DNA of 64,000 bases, taken from positions 79,362,001 to 79,426,000 of the forward strand of contig NC_086108.1 of NCBI RefSeq assembly GCF_963921235.1, read 5' to 3'. This document shows positions 13,446 through 28,190 of the stretch, piece after piece (position 1 is the stretch's first letter; every line of letters begins with the position of its first letter). The position numbers and the translations under genes are program-made. Origin of the DNA: Mobula hypostoma (lineage: Eukaryota). Under the pieces are notes generated by a model. That model searched no databases. It was not told where the DNA came from and saw only the letters and a list, made by a program, of their open reading frames with translations.

Positions 13446-14499
13446 TTAGAGTTCTGGGTTGTGGCTGGTCACTGGGAGTTAGAAGTAACATCACTGATAT
13501 TATGGAGGAGGAAGGAAACAGTAGCTGCCTCTGATTCTGTTATTGGGACTTAGTAGAAAAAAGTTGGGATCCCTGCTGTGCTGTATTCAGGGGTGCATGT
13601 AGAGCTACTAGGACTTGATGTTTCAATCCCTACGGTAAGTTGGCACTCTCGATGTTGGCAGTGGGTTTGGAGTGGTGACAAGGAGGGAGGGTACGTACGT
13701 CATCGGGGTCATCAGGTGGGCACCCTCGTTCTTTGACGTTTCGTTGATAAGCCCACGACGTCTCCAGAGGGCTTAACGGTGCTACCTGGCGTCCCAGATA
13801 CACACCCCCACCCCCCTCAGTTCCATGCCCTGTGGTCTGGAGCTTATGGAAAAACATTCTGGTCTTGTGCTGTGCTATGATCAGAACTTGATCAAGAAGA
13901 GCAAATGGAGTTGGGAGTAAGATATTAGCTGCCACCCAACCGAAAATAGACGGTCACTTTTGCATTGGAGATCAGCCACCAGCAGGCAGACACAGGCGAC
14001 CCCACGGAGAGTGCAGTTTTCGTTCAATGCCTATTTGATCAAGTGTTCGTCTCACAATTTCCTGCTCCAGAATGTGGAAGCATTGAAAGGCAATGATACC
14101 CAATAGATGTCATTGTTGGTCAAACCATGGTGACTGTGCATAACCTTAGCATTGATGACCGTGAGTGAACTGGTACTTAGATTCCAAACTTCGAGACGAA
14201 TGTACGTTTTGTAAATAACGGTTAATTTTAAAGCCTTTTATCTTTCATAATATGAAACACAAAATTCTGCAACTTGGAGCAGATAGGAGGAATAATCAGC
14301 GGGACATTCCAGTATGGAATAAATTGAAATATCGGGAAATATATCTTCAGAAATTAAACTACATTAATCTGCTTTTTTGCAAAATGTTAACTTTGCTTTA
14401 AATTTTAGATGTTTTTTTAGAAGGCAGGCTACTAGTATTTTACTGCCAATAATTAGCGCTGTTATATTTAAACGAAAAGTTATACAGTAGGAGCCAGGC

Positions 14500-15496
<997 letters not shown>

Positions 15497-18400
15497 TGAC
15501 ACTTCCGTTTGAATTGCCTTCTTTCCCACTGTGGAGCAATGTTTTTCCAACTATGTAAAAAACAAATGCTACTTTACCCCCGGACATTTGAATAGTTTAC
15601 TGGTGTAAGATATCTTTGCAGTTTGGGCTCAGTAGAAGGGAGAAATTAGATAAAACAGCTTGCTGTTTCATGTCACAAAAGAATGCATTTATAGCCTTTG
15701 TTTATGTCGATTTGGTTTTTTTAATCGTGGGAAGTGTTTATTGGGAGGGGGTGGGTGTTGATTTAGGGTTAGGAGAGGGCGGGGAAATAAATGAAAGCGA
15801 CTCCGTGGTCCCAGGAAAAGGTGTGCGTTACATTATAGATAAGGTAATTGACGTATTTATTCTGTCTGTTTGGATTGCAGCTTTGATGAGAAGGCAGAAA
15901 TTGCAGCTCGCTGTTTTCTTTCGCGAAAACAAAAACATAATCTGTCGTGGTTTTAATTGTATTGAGCTGTCAGAAAGGATAACGCTGCGAGTTGCCTGTC
16001 AGGAATGTTCTTGACTGGAGGGTGAAATACCAATCTAGGAATTAAATCCTAAACTGGAACAAGTACAAATGGCGAATATAATTACATTTTGGATAGAGTC
16101 GCGACTTAAAAGTATCATGATGCACGGTCCAAGATAGCGCTTTTACTTTTTCCTCCCTTCTGAGAACGTCCAATAACGACCAAAGCGAAAGCGGAGATAA
16201 AAGGAAATGGAAGGGAGACAGAGAAAGGGAGCCAAGCAATTTCCATAATAAGGATCGTGTCTCTGTAGTGATGCCAAGGGAAGGAGGTGGGGTGAAAGAG
16301 TGACAAAATAAGAGGGTCATGTCGTGGTTTTTCGTTTGTTTCATAGACGGCATGATTTGTAGTTATTGTATGTAATTTACTAGCTGCTCAGCTGGTCTGT
16401 TTTGATGCATTTCCAGGTGAAATATATGCGCTTTCAGAAAGTGCTATGCCCTTGAATTTTTCATCTTTCTCTCCCGATTCCCACAGACATTGGGGAACCG
16501 AGCCAAAATTGGGTAAATCCTGAGATGACACATCACCCGAGGCTCTGTTGACTTGTTAAAATTGATTTAATAATTTCTCTCATTCTTGCGCCTTGTCAGA
16601 AATGAAACGATTTAAGACATAGCGTGGCCTTGTTAAGATGTACAGGTTCATTGGAACGAACTTCGCCATTAAGCTTTTTAGCATCTTAAATGTTGATTAA
16701 AAATTGTAATTCGGTGTTTTTGCCTTGGAAAAACTCCCGAGTTTTGTTTGAATCTTGACGTGAAACAACACGATTCTAACCGTATAATTCATACAAGTTT
16801 GTACTTGTACAATGCCCCGAGTTTTAAAATTATACATTTATTGACTCGGAAGGAAGGGACTGGACCAAACTAGCGAGGAAGGGCAATCGGTTATGTTTGT
16901 TTTCCTTTATGCCATCAATCGCCACTTCTGTTTGAGATTTAATCCCAAATCGCAGAGTCTGTTGTTGAAGCTCCGCTAAAGGACTCTGTTTAGTGCTATC
17001 TTGACAGTATTCACATGACGACTTCCGTGAAGGTAGGCGACTTCGCAACTTGGGTATTTGCCACCTGAGGCTCCAACCTGGCCAGCTTACAAAGTAGATT
17101 GATGAACGTATTAGTTACTTGGTAGATCATTATCAAGTCTGCGCTAATCGCCTTTCAGATGTTTGGGAGGCAAATAATACTTTATAAGATTTGAATTTTT
17201 GACCAGAGTATCTGGGAGGTGTATATTAATTTAATCGAATGGGCATTTATTTGTGCGTGCGTGTGCGAGGGAGAGATTTTATAACGAATGCAGGCTGATG
17301 AATGAGATTTGGGGGTGACGTACTTCGCTAGTCTTTTGGATGCGAGTGATGTTTTGGTTATGAGTTTCTGAACTGCACTGAGGAGAATTGTTAGATGTAA
17401 ATCCTTGCGTATTTCATTTTATTTCTTCAATGAGGCATGAGGTTAAACTTGTGCTGTATGCTAGTTTATAGTGCCCAGTCTGAAGGAGACAGTTTGAAGG
17501 AACCTTCTGCACAGAATGCTTTGCTGTGCAGAGTGATTTCACCCGGTGATATCTTTTGTCTTGCAGGTCTCGCTTTATGACATATCCTATCAGAAGTATT
17601 GTGCAGTTTGCATTTTTGTATCCTGGTGCATCATTTATACTAAAAGCCTGAAACGCATTCTTAGTGCTAACTGTTCAATAGGCCTAACATCAAGAAGCAT
17701 TTGGATTAACATATTATGAATAATTAAAGCATTGAAGAGTTCGAAATATAGAATATTCAAATTTTCAGGCATTGCACTATGCACCAGGATGGAAGTTTGA
17801 TTCGTAAGAAGAACTGAAGCACATGATTGCAATTCGGTGAACCAGCTAGTGCCCCCTTTGATGCTTAAAACTAAAGCAAAAAACTGATCACAAGTTATTT
17901 TGAAATCTTTATTGTATTCTGGTGAAATTAAAGTACACAAAACAAGGTCCGATTGAATGACTGTTTCAAACATCCTCACCATAATAAAATGCTATAATGA
18001 ATTTGGCGCAGTTAAAATATGTCTATACTGCAAACTGTGAGTTCGCCTGAGTGATGGGAAGGTCAATAATTAATGACATTGCAGTCAATTACTAATGCAT
18101 TGTGCGGTTTCCAATTCAAAAATAAAGTAAATGTTGAGCTTTTATCAGCTTGAATTTGACATACAGCAAATGTTTAAAGGTGAACGTAGAGTTTGCTATA
18201 AATTATTTTCCACAGCAGTAAGTGTGTGATAAATGCATTTCAGGCACTTGTAGTGACCTACACAAATTTTACCATCTTTTATCATCGAAATTGTCTGTTC
18301 TGGTCCTCTAATTGGAAGCTATAATAATAGTACAAATTACAAGTTTATGTTGAAGGCATAAGTTGGGTACAGTGATTTGAGTTTCTTCCAGTCTGTGCAG

Positions 18401-21246
18401 TTTGACTGTAATTGGTCAAACTAATATAAAGGATGAAGGAATTTTGAAGTACATTGTGAATCAGCCTCTGGTGTTTATGTGTTGGTTTAAAAAATATATT
18501 GTGTTTGAAGCCAGCTCTGTTCCAAAAGGAGGTCATGTAGTTAGATTAAATTATTTGCCATGGTGAACTTCAGCTCATTATGCTAACCTTTGGGCTTTTG
18601 AGGAGATTCATAAATAAAATTGTGCACAAGGAGCAGTTTTTTTAAAAAAGTTAAGATAAAACAAATGTAAGTGCATTTAAAAATTAAAATTTATCAAAAT
18701 TATTCTTTAAATTTACTTTCTATTACTGTAAAAATTAAGTTAATTATGGGTGGGATTTGGCAATGAATGTAATTGCTGTTTTATCACTAACTATGCTCAT
18801 TTCTACAGAATTATAAAGGTATCAGATTGTCAAACTTAATACAGATTTTTTAAAAAGTCTTGTGCCATTTACAAGTGCTTTTTCCACATTTAATTGAAAA
18901 TTTGGCATTTGGTCATAGGCAAATAATTTTGAATAGAATTTGAGCAAACAAAATCAGTTTTCCAAACTTGCACAGGTTTTGACTCCAATTTGTGTGTTGG
19001 ATCTGTATTTACCACAGGGTCTAAATACAACAGTTAGAGCATTGATAAATGGTCACAATTCACAAAAATATAATGGGACATCTGATCATTGGAAGTAGAA
19101 AGCCAGTTAAGATTCTGAATGAAACCTCTCACTATAGTGCATCTTGTTTAATCGGCATCATGTTGCACCGATATGTATTTATTATTATGGTAAGGAGTTC
19201 ATTACCCTGGTATAATAGTTTTGCTGATATCTAGGTGAAAATGAAAGACACCAAATTAATTCAGAGTGTTGCAAAAATAACACATAAAGGCGGTAGAACT
19301 CTGATGAATTAATTGTCTTGATTGTTATCAATTTTGTAACTCACGATGATTCATTTGCTTGTCTTTTATTTTCATTTCCAAATACAAGTGATTTCTGAAT
19401 ATGGCCAGCAACTGGACAAATAAGGGATCATTCTGTTTTGCAGAAAGAAGAGGAAATTTTATATATCAGGAGAAGAATTGCACAGTACACGAAGAGCAGC
19501 AGTGTCTTGTGTTTGGTTCGGGAGGATGGGGGGGGGGGAGATGCTGCATTTGTTTTCAGAGCCAGATCAGTAGAAGAACAGAGACTGTTATTTAAACTCA
19601 GCAGAGGCCGTGCAATGCATCATTACATTGTTATTGCGTAAAAATGCAAAGTGTGGGGGAAGGAAAAGAAATAAAAACTGGGAAATCAAATCAAACTTGC
19701 AGCTGGAGGTAAGACTGAACAGACAATAGGGGTGGGATCAAGTGGCATCATTCAAACTGGATTCCGTTAGGTAAATGGAACAGGCAAAAAAAATGATATA
19801 GCTTGACTAATTGTTCTTTTTTGGCATGGTATTGCGTAGTGTTCACATAAGGAATTTAGCAGTTGAATTTAATCAGGCAGTTGGTTTGCAGATGTAAATT
19901 GATGTCTTTTGTCCTACCTTTCTAGGCTAATAAAAGGTTTTGGCTTTTTAAAATTGCATCTAATGTGATATTTAAAAGTTTAATGTTGAAGTGAAATTCT
20001 TTGAAATATAACATCTTAATGTGTGATTAAGCAACAACTATCGGAGCATTGTTTTAAAATAAAATTTCCACTTTGTAGCTGCATTTTCCACATGTGAATA
20101 TTAACAGTCTCTTCAGTTGTGTTGGTGGTGAGGAACTATGGCCATGTCTATTTGTCCACATATGAATTCCCAGTAGGGGTCACTGGTTGGCCACAAGGAG
20201 TGGTCGCTCTTTGGAAACTTTTATTTTCTCCATACACAGCAGGACTAAGGGCTATCATTGCACCTAATAACATTGCAGCATATATCAAGCTCATGTTGAT
20301 CCACTGTAGCGAGGAATTACAGGATGCAGTCTGTTGTGCTATTAATAAAGTTCAAATTTATTATCAAAAGTTTGTATACCATATACAAACTTGAGATTCA
20401 TCTTCTTGTAGGCAGCCACTAAACAAAGAAACACAATAGGATCCACGAAAACCCTACACAAGAAAGACCATCAAACATCCAATGTGCTAAAGAAGACAAA
20501 TTGTGCAAATAGTTAATAAAAAGTGAACAAAGAATGCATAGAGCGTGAGTTGCGGAGTCCAAGGAGTTCAGTTCACAGCTCTGGAGGCAGTTCACCACAG
20601 AGGTGAGTGAAGCCAGTCTAGGAGACCGAAGGCTGCAGAGCAACACCTGCTCTTCAACCTGGTGGCATGCCTAATGTTAGTAGCGAGAAGAGAGGGAGAT
20701 GGGTCAAGCACAGGCAGAATGCCAATTCACTTTCTGTTCTCGGGCTACGACGCATTAATCTGGCTCAACGCCTTAATCAGTGTGGAGTAATAGAGCCGAG
20801 CACGGGTTCGTTTTCTGCTCTTGGGTCTCGACGCAACATCCACCCTCATTGATAGGCATACCTGCATTCTGAAGAGTCAGATTCACCGAATCCTTCAGGA
20901 GATGTACCAGATCGAGTGTTATATTTACAAGGAATGGTATGGTACTGCTAATGTATTCAGTTTTCCTCTTGAAAAGTTTAAAAGCTTACCTTTGTCAATT
21001 ACTTTCTCTGATTTATACTCTAGTTAATAGTATCTGTTTTCATTATAACTTGATACCTACTTGATAATTTTAGTGCTGTTTCAAAACAGAGCTCATTTGA
21101 TCTCACAAGAACAATTTCCTACTGTAATGCTGCTGAAAAATTTACCTTTATTAGATGGTAAATATTTCAATGTTGAAACATTAATTCTTCTGCTTGCGGG
21201 AGTATGATATTGAAGTGTGATTGAGGTGTTTTAAGCTGATAATTCT

Positions 21247-21389
21247 GAACATGAGATGACCTGCAGATGCTGGAAATCCAAAGCAACACACACAAAATGT
21301 TGGAGGAATTCAGCAGGCCAGGCAGCATCTATGGAAAAGAGTAAACAGTTGACGTTTCAGGCCGATGAAAGGTCTCGGCCTGAAATGTC
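21247..21389 (-). mobile_element. Short Penelope-derived hammerhead-family element with 8-bp TSD
   Basis: ATAATTCT at 21239-21246 and 21390-21397. Family arm followed by a mini hairpin tgacgtttcaggccga / tcggcctgaaatgtca. Confidence 0.75.
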
Positions 21390-21992
21390 ATAATTCTTTC
21401 TTGGTTTCCCAATTAAATCTTTTTGATTTTGTCTGTTGGGATAATCAAGCATGAGGACATTGCTAAATAACTTGATCCCACATTTAAAGCATTCAGATTA
21501 GAAAACATTTGAAATAAGGAATTCATCCTCCAAAAGCTAGGTTAATTTTCACTCTCTTGGGAGGGTTATATAGATTTTTGAAATACAACATAAAATGCCG
21601 TAAGTACACTGTGCTAAGAGAGAAATTGAATTAACATTTGAAGTCAAAGGGAAATTAGAATACAAAAGCTTTAAAGTTGCAGAGGAAAGTGAGGGGAAGG
21701 TGAGAGAAGTGGTTTTAAAATGAACCTCGTGATGGAGAACATGAGATTGAATGAAATGTTGTTGAGTCTTTTGAAGGAGGTATAAAGGATTGTGAATAAC
21801 ATCTCACAGAAGTGTAAGTTAGGAAAGTTGAATGAGCTCTACAGAAGTGAGGAAAACCATAAATCCTGAAAAATTGAAATGCAAGCCAGGAAACATTGGA
21901 TTACCTGGAACAGCTGAGTCAGGAAGACTAATGCTCTTCTTTGGAAGATGTGTTTTTTTCCTCATCAATTTGAGCTTTATTGGAACAGAGCT

Positions 21993-23185
21993 AGAACATA
22001 AAACAGAACACTACAGCACAGTACAGGCCTTTCAGTCCATGATGTTGCACCAACCTTTTATCTTCAAAGTCAAATTTATTATCCACCACATGTAACCCCG
22101 AGATTCTTTTTCCTGGGGGCATACTGGGCAAATCTATAGAATAGTAACTATAAACAGGATTGTTGAAAGAGCAATTAAAGCATAGAAGACAATGAACTGC
22201 AAATGCAAATATAAATAAATAACAATAATTAACAAGAACATGAAATAACAAGATAAAAAGTCCTTAAGGTGACGTCATTGGTTGTGGGATCATCTCAGTA
22301 GATGAATGTAGTTATCCTCTTTTGTTCAGAGCTTGATGGCTGAGGGGTAATAACTGTTCTACTCTTAAGATCTTACTGTAAGTTCAATCTAACTGTACCC
22401 TTCTACAGAGCCCTCTATTTTTCTAGATTTATAGTGCCTATCTATGAGTTTCATAATATTAGCTATTTTTTGCTCTGGGAGAAAGTTGCTGGCTATGCAT
22501 CTTTTCTTATACACCTTAATCAAGCCACTTGTTATTGTCCTTTGCCCTAAAAAGAAAAGCCCTCGCTCACTCAACCTTTCTTCATGCTCTCTAATTGGGC
22601 AGCATCCTGGCAAATCTCCTCTACACCCTCTCCAATGCTTCAACATCTTTCCTATAATTAAGGAACCAGAACTGAACACAATATTCCAAGTGTGGTCTAG
22701 CCAGGGTTTTATGGAGCTGCAACATTACCTCACATCTCTTGAACTCAATCCTCTGAGTAATGAAGGCCAGAACACTATGTGCCTTCTTAACAACCCTATC
22801 AACTAGCACGGTAATTTTGAAGTATCTACGGACATTCACCTCAAGATCCCTTTATTTCGTCTCACTGCCAAGAATCCTGTCAGAGGAGGTTGTAATCTGC
22901 CTTCAAATCCAACCTTCCAAAATGGATCACTTCACACTTTTCCAGGTTGAACTTCCTCCACCACTACTCAGCCCAGTTCTGCTTCCTATCAATGTCATGT
23001 TGCAATCTACAACAACCATCCACCGTCTCCACAACTCCACCAAGCTTCATGTTATCTGCACGCTTACCTACCCACCCTTCCACTTCCTCATTCAAGTCAT
23101 TTATAAAAATCACAAAGAGGAGAGGTTCCAGAACAGATCCCTGCGGAACAGCACTGGTCACTGACTTTCAGACAGAATACTCCAT
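21993..23185 (-). mobile_element. CR1 LINE 3' portion, with a nested Rex1-like 3' tail at about 22065-22360
   Basis: ORFs 22964..23161(-) SAVPQGSVLEPLLFVIFINDL and 22621..22839(-) RPHLEYCVQFW. CR1 3' terminus (agaacata) at about 21993. Confidence 0.85.
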
Positions 23186-24885
23186 AACAGTGTTGGAGAT
23201 CAAAGAAAGGAATGGAAACTCGATGGAAAATAAACTGCAGGACAACTGGAAGCTTGCTCAGGTGATTTGTTGCTTCACTAGTAAGGTTTTAAGGCCCAGT
23301 ATGACTGGAAGTGATGATGTAAGAGTAAGTGTTTTGTTACCTGTAGTTGTACTGCAAATTGTCATGGGAACAGGAATGAAGTTTGCTGATGATACAAAGA
23401 TTGGAGGTGTAGTAGACAGTGAGGAAGGTTTTCAGAGCCTGCAGAGGGTCTTGGACCAGCTGGAAAAATGGGCTAAAAAATGGCAGATGGAGTTTAATAC
23501 AGACAAGTGTGAGGTATTGCACGTTGGAAGGACAAACCAAGGTAGAACATACAGGGTTAATGGTAAGGCACTGAGGAGTGCAGTAGAACAGAGGGATCTG
23601 GGAATACAGATACAAAATTCCCTAAAAGTGGCATCACAGGTAGATAGGGTCGTAAAGAGAGCTTTTGGTACATTGGCCTTTATTAATCAAAGTATTGAGT
23701 ATAAGAGCTGGAATGTTATGATGAGGTTGTATAAGGCATTGGTGAGGCCGAATCTGGAGTATTGTGTTCAGTTTTGGTCACCAAATTACAGGAAGGATAT
23801 AAATAAGGTTGAAAGAGTGCAGAGAAGGTTTACAAGGATGTTGCTGGGACTTGAGAAACTCAGTTACAGAGAAAGGTTGAATAGGTTGGGACTTTATTCC
23901 CTGGAGCGTAGAAGAATGAGGGGAGATTTGATAGAGGTATATAAAATTATGATGGGTATAGATAGAGTGAATGCAAGCAGGCTTTTTCCACTGAGGCAAG
24001 GGGAGAAAAAAACCAGAGGACATGGGTTTAGGGTGAGGGGGGGAAAGTTTAAAGGGAAAATTAGGGGGGTGGCTTCTTCACACAGAGAGTGGTGGGAGTA
24101 TGGAATGAGCTGCCAGACGAGGTAGTAAATGCGGGTTCTTTTTTAACATTTAAGAATAAATTGGACAGATACATGGATGGGAGGTATATGGAGGGATATG
24201 GTCCGTGTGCAGGTCAGTGGGACTAGGCAGAAAATGGTTCGGCACAGCCAAGAAGGGCCAAAAGGCCTGTTTCTGTGCTGTAGTTTCTATGGTTTCTATG
24301 GAATGGATATTGATTCACCCTTCTGTCTTAAGAACTTACTAGAGGTCCCTTCAGAATGCTGAAAGGGAAGAGGAAAGCATCGCTAGTGGTAGCATCCCGT
24401 TGAAAGTGTGGAAGTGTTTAGAAAGTGATCTGTTGAACATGGAATCTGGTGGGGTGAAAGGCGAGGGCATGGGAAAATTCCATCCTTGTCTGAGCTTGGA
24501 GAAGAGACTGAGAGCAGGAGTACAGGAAGTGAATGTAGTTGAGAGCTTGAAACTCTGAGAGAGGAAACTGCAGCTGAGCAAAAAAAAATGAGGAATGCCT
24601 GGGAACCACCAGGGTGGAAGGCGATGTCATTGGAACATCTTGCAGAGAAACTAGGAAAAAGGAAATTCTGCAGTGTGGAAGAAACTGTAAACAAGAGTTG
24701 CCGAAGTCCATGTACTTGTAGCAGTTGTCACAAACCTGAGATGGGGATGGAGGTCAAAAAAGTGAACAGTAGCTTGATGGACCATTTGAAAGTGCGAGCA
24801 TGATGGAAATAGATAGCAAAGATGATGACATCCTTAAATTCTTTTGAAGATTTTTTGATGCTCATACAGTCTTCAATATCCAGAA
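23186..24885 (-). mobile_element. Degenerate Penelope-like element fragment split by a young CR1
   Basis: Reverse frames give LAFHPTRFHVQQI and HFHTF...SSSLSAF, resembling the Penelope RT-to-endonuclease linker (LTFHPT..IQ.II.RHFRHLQRD..T..IFPS.PLSAF). Confidence 0.55.
23379..24299 (+). mobile_element. Young 5'-truncated CR1 LINE
   Basis: Stop-free frame from KFADDTKIGG through RPNLEYCVQFWSPNYRKD and LERRRMRGDLIEVYKIM to a frameshift near 24065. Tail tttctatggtttctat. Candidate TSD GGAATG at 23373-23378 and 24300-24305. Confidence 0.92.
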
Positions 24886-24894
24886 GGAAGAGAG

Positions 24895-25280
24895 GAGGAT
24901 CATAAAGCCCTAGAAAACCACAACACTTTGGCCCATCTAGTCCATGCTTAAAAAGCATTTAAACTGCCTACGCCCATCGACTGGGACCATAGCCCTCCAT
25001 ACCCTTACTATCCGTGTACCTATCCAAACTTTGCTTAAACATTGAAATTGAGCTCACATGCACCACTTGTGCTGGCAGCACATTCCACACTCTCACAACC
25101 CTCTGAGTGAAGATGTTTCCCCTCATGTTCCCCTTAAACTTTTCACTTTTCACCCTTGACCCATGACCTCTGGTTGTAGTCCTACCCAACATCAGAGGAA
25201 AAAGCCTTCTTGTAATTGCTGTATCTATACCCCTCATAGTTTTGTATATCTCTATGAAATCTCTCAAGCTTCTATGTTCT
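24895..25280 (-). mobile_element. CR1 LINE 3' end
   Basis: ORF 24968..25267(-) RDFIEIYKTMRGID...FTQRVVRVWNVLP. Confidence 0.85.
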
Positions 25281-25429
25281 AAGGACGGGTGGATTTCAGG
25301 TGGATTAATTTATTAATTATGGACATTAAGGGTTAGGAAGCCGAGGGATGCAAAATGGCATTGAAATGCAGGTCACATTTAATCCAATTCAATTGAGAGA
25401 TGTTGTAAAGAGCATTATGTTAAAGCTGT

Positions 25430-26150
25430 AGAATCAGAATCAGGTTTATTGTCACTGACATATGTTGTGAAATTTGTGGTTTTGTGGCAGCAGTACAGTG
25501 CAAGGCATAAAAATGATATAAATTACAATAAATAAATAACTGGTTCAAAAGAGAAATAGCAAGGTAGTATTCATGACTATCAGAAATCTGATTGACGAGG
25601 GGAAGAAGCTGTTTCTAAAATGTTGAGTTTGTGTCTTCCCTGATGGTGGTAATGAGAAAGTAGTGTGACCTGGATGGTGAGGGGCTTAACAATGGATTTG
25701 AAAATGTCCTTTATGGTGGGGAGGTTAGTGCAAGTGATCGAACTTCTTGAGTTCACGACTTTCTGCAGCCTCTCTTGATCCTGCAGATTGGCGACTCCAT
25801 TCTCAGTGCTGGTGCAACCTGTCAAAATGCTCTCCATCGTACATCTATAGAAATTGATGTCTTTGGATACATACCAAATCTCCTCAAACTCCTAATGAAG
25901 TGCAACTGCTGGCATGCCTTCGTGATTGCACCAATGTGCTGGGTCCAGGATAGATACTTTAAGATGCTGTTGCACAGGAATGAAACTGATCACTCTTTCC
26001 GCCCCTTAATGACGATTGGTATGTTTTCTCCCAACTTCCCCTTCCTGAAGTCCACAAGCAATTCTTTAGTCTTGCTAAAAATGGGCGCAAGGTTGTTGTT
26101 GCATTACCACTCAACAAGCTGATCCATCTCACTCCTCATCACCTTCTGAA
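25430..26150 (-). mobile_element. Rex1/Babar-like LINE fragment
   Basis: ESILTGC motif (ORF 25580..25837) and agaatcagaatcaggtttattgtcactgac tail. Confidence 0.7.
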
Positions 26151-26159
26151 TTTCTCACG

Positions 26160-26410
26160 TCGTTTGTGTCAAATTAAATCAGCGAGGGTTGTGCTGGACA
26201 GCTCACAAGTGCTGCCACGCCTCTGGCGCCAACAAGCATGGCTCTAACTGTGCATTTTTGCATTGTGGAGGAAACTGGAGCACCCGGAGGAAACCCACAC
26301 AGTTACAGGAAGAATGTACAGTCTCCTTACAGACAGCAGTGGGAATCAACCCCTGATCGGTGATCACTCGTGCTGTAAAGTGCTGGTGCTTACTGCTATA
26401 ATGTCATAGC
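26160..26410 (-). mobile_element. V-SINE/HE1-like tRNA-derived SINE
   Basis: gaggaaactggagcacccggaggaaacccacacagttacaggaagaatgtacagtctccttacagac is the reverse complement of the V-domain core. Confidence 0.7.
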
Positions 26411-27954
26411 TGTAAGCACAAGCACTTGATGTCAGTGATGTCAATGGCATGTTTATAGATGCCATTTGAGTTGTGCCTAGCCATTCCAGCCATGTATGTA
26501 AAGAGTAGGGAGTATTTATTCAGGGGTCTGGCACAATTCAAATTATTTGTGATCATCATCTGAACTCTGAACTCTTTGGGTTATTGCCTGGAAAGAAGTT
26601 GATTTACTTCAGGATGGACTTAAGCTTCTGTACTGCCATAGTGTCAGTGCATGGTCAAAGTGTGTTTGAGCTAAAGGATTTAAAACCCCTGTTACAGAAG
26701 TTACTTGGTTTGTCCCATTGGGAAATGGAATATTGTCCTGTTCCACGTGAGTTTTCAGCCTTAGTGATGGAAACAAAATTCTGTGTTCACACTAAGTGGT
26801 AACATTTTGTTCAGTCAAAATGGTTTAACTCTTGCTCACAATAATTTACTTATTAATTGAATTGTCACCAAAAAGTGCCAGCTTTGCCCTCACGCCTTTC
26901 ATCCTGAATGAGATTCATGTTGATACCTGTTGGACTCCTGACATTTCAAAATAGTGGATATTTCTATTTGTGTGTTGATAACTTGTCTTTAAAGGCAAAG
27001 TGTAATCCAAGGAAAAAACATTAGAGATCCAGATCTTTGGTTCTGTGGATTCTCTAAGTCCAACATGACTGAATTAGTGTGAACTTGAAATAGATGACCT
27101 GCATTACAACTTAAATAATGCCGATTTTCCGGTTGTTAATGGAGAAGAATAATGATAGGCATAGTAGTAAAGAAGGAATTAAGTCATTTTCAATCACATC
27201 CATGATTGAATGAATAAATGTATTTACGGCTATAATTAAGTCTCATTCCCTTCTGATATTAAAGCTGGGATTTAACCTGATGAATCCTGGAAACATTATC
27301 ATCCGTTATCGTGTATTGCCAGCAACCATGCCCAGATGCAGATTAGAAACACTTCTACTCCGTCTTCATTGATGTGCAGTGTTGTCCAGTATTTACTAGT
27401 TGCCTACTTGTTGCTCGTTACAACTAGTGAAAAAATCTTTTGTAGGAAACACATTCTGTAAGGGAGGAGCTATAGATGCTTTATTAATGTTCTGCATGGA
27501 TTATAGTTTGAACTGTCTAAATGATTTCAAGTGTATAAACCTTATTTTATTTCGGCTGACAATGCATTTTGTTTTTGGTTGAAGAATTTACTGGTTTTAC
27601 TTTTACCTGTTGAAGGGTTGGATAGGTTTAGATGTGAGGAATTAAAATAACTATTTAGAAACAAATTTAAGTATCTTGTACTACTGCCATAAAATAGTGA
27701 ATTTTAAGTTTGCAGGTTCTGAAATGACAACATAAGTTACACCTAGCTTCCCAATAATAATTTAGGTCAGTAATTTGCACCAAATGGTGTAAGATTGTTA
27801 AAGCAAGATGGTTCAGTGTGCCAGTTTCCTCCTCCCAGGTGCGCTTTGCAATGAATCAGAGTCGTCGTTACTGTAAATTAGATACAGATTATTCAGTATG
27901 CGTTTGTGTAAGCCATTCAATGGTACGTAATCACTATACTATTAAATTGATTAA

Positions 27955-28190
27955 ATATTAGCTTTATTTGTCACATGTACATTGAAACATACAGTGAAGT
28001 GCGTCAAGTCAGTGAGAATGTGCTGGGTTACCCGCAGGTGTCGCGACATTTACAGCACTGACGTTGCAAGCCATTAACTCACTTACCCTAAACGTATGTC
28101 TTTGGAAAGTGGGAGTACCCAAAACGAATCTCGCGTGGTCACTGGGAGAACATACAAATTCCTTGCAGACAGTGGAGGGAATTGAAAACT
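27955..28190 (-). mobile_element. V-SINE/HE1-like SINE, degenerate
   Basis: Similar to 26160-26410 (gtatgtctttggaaagtggga...gggagaacatacaaattccttgcagacagtgg). Confidence 0.6.

Noticed and set aside
22947..24125. 392-aa ORF as a host gene
   Set aside because: It is a chimera of three retroelement fragments and lacks the RT N-terminal half and endonuclease.
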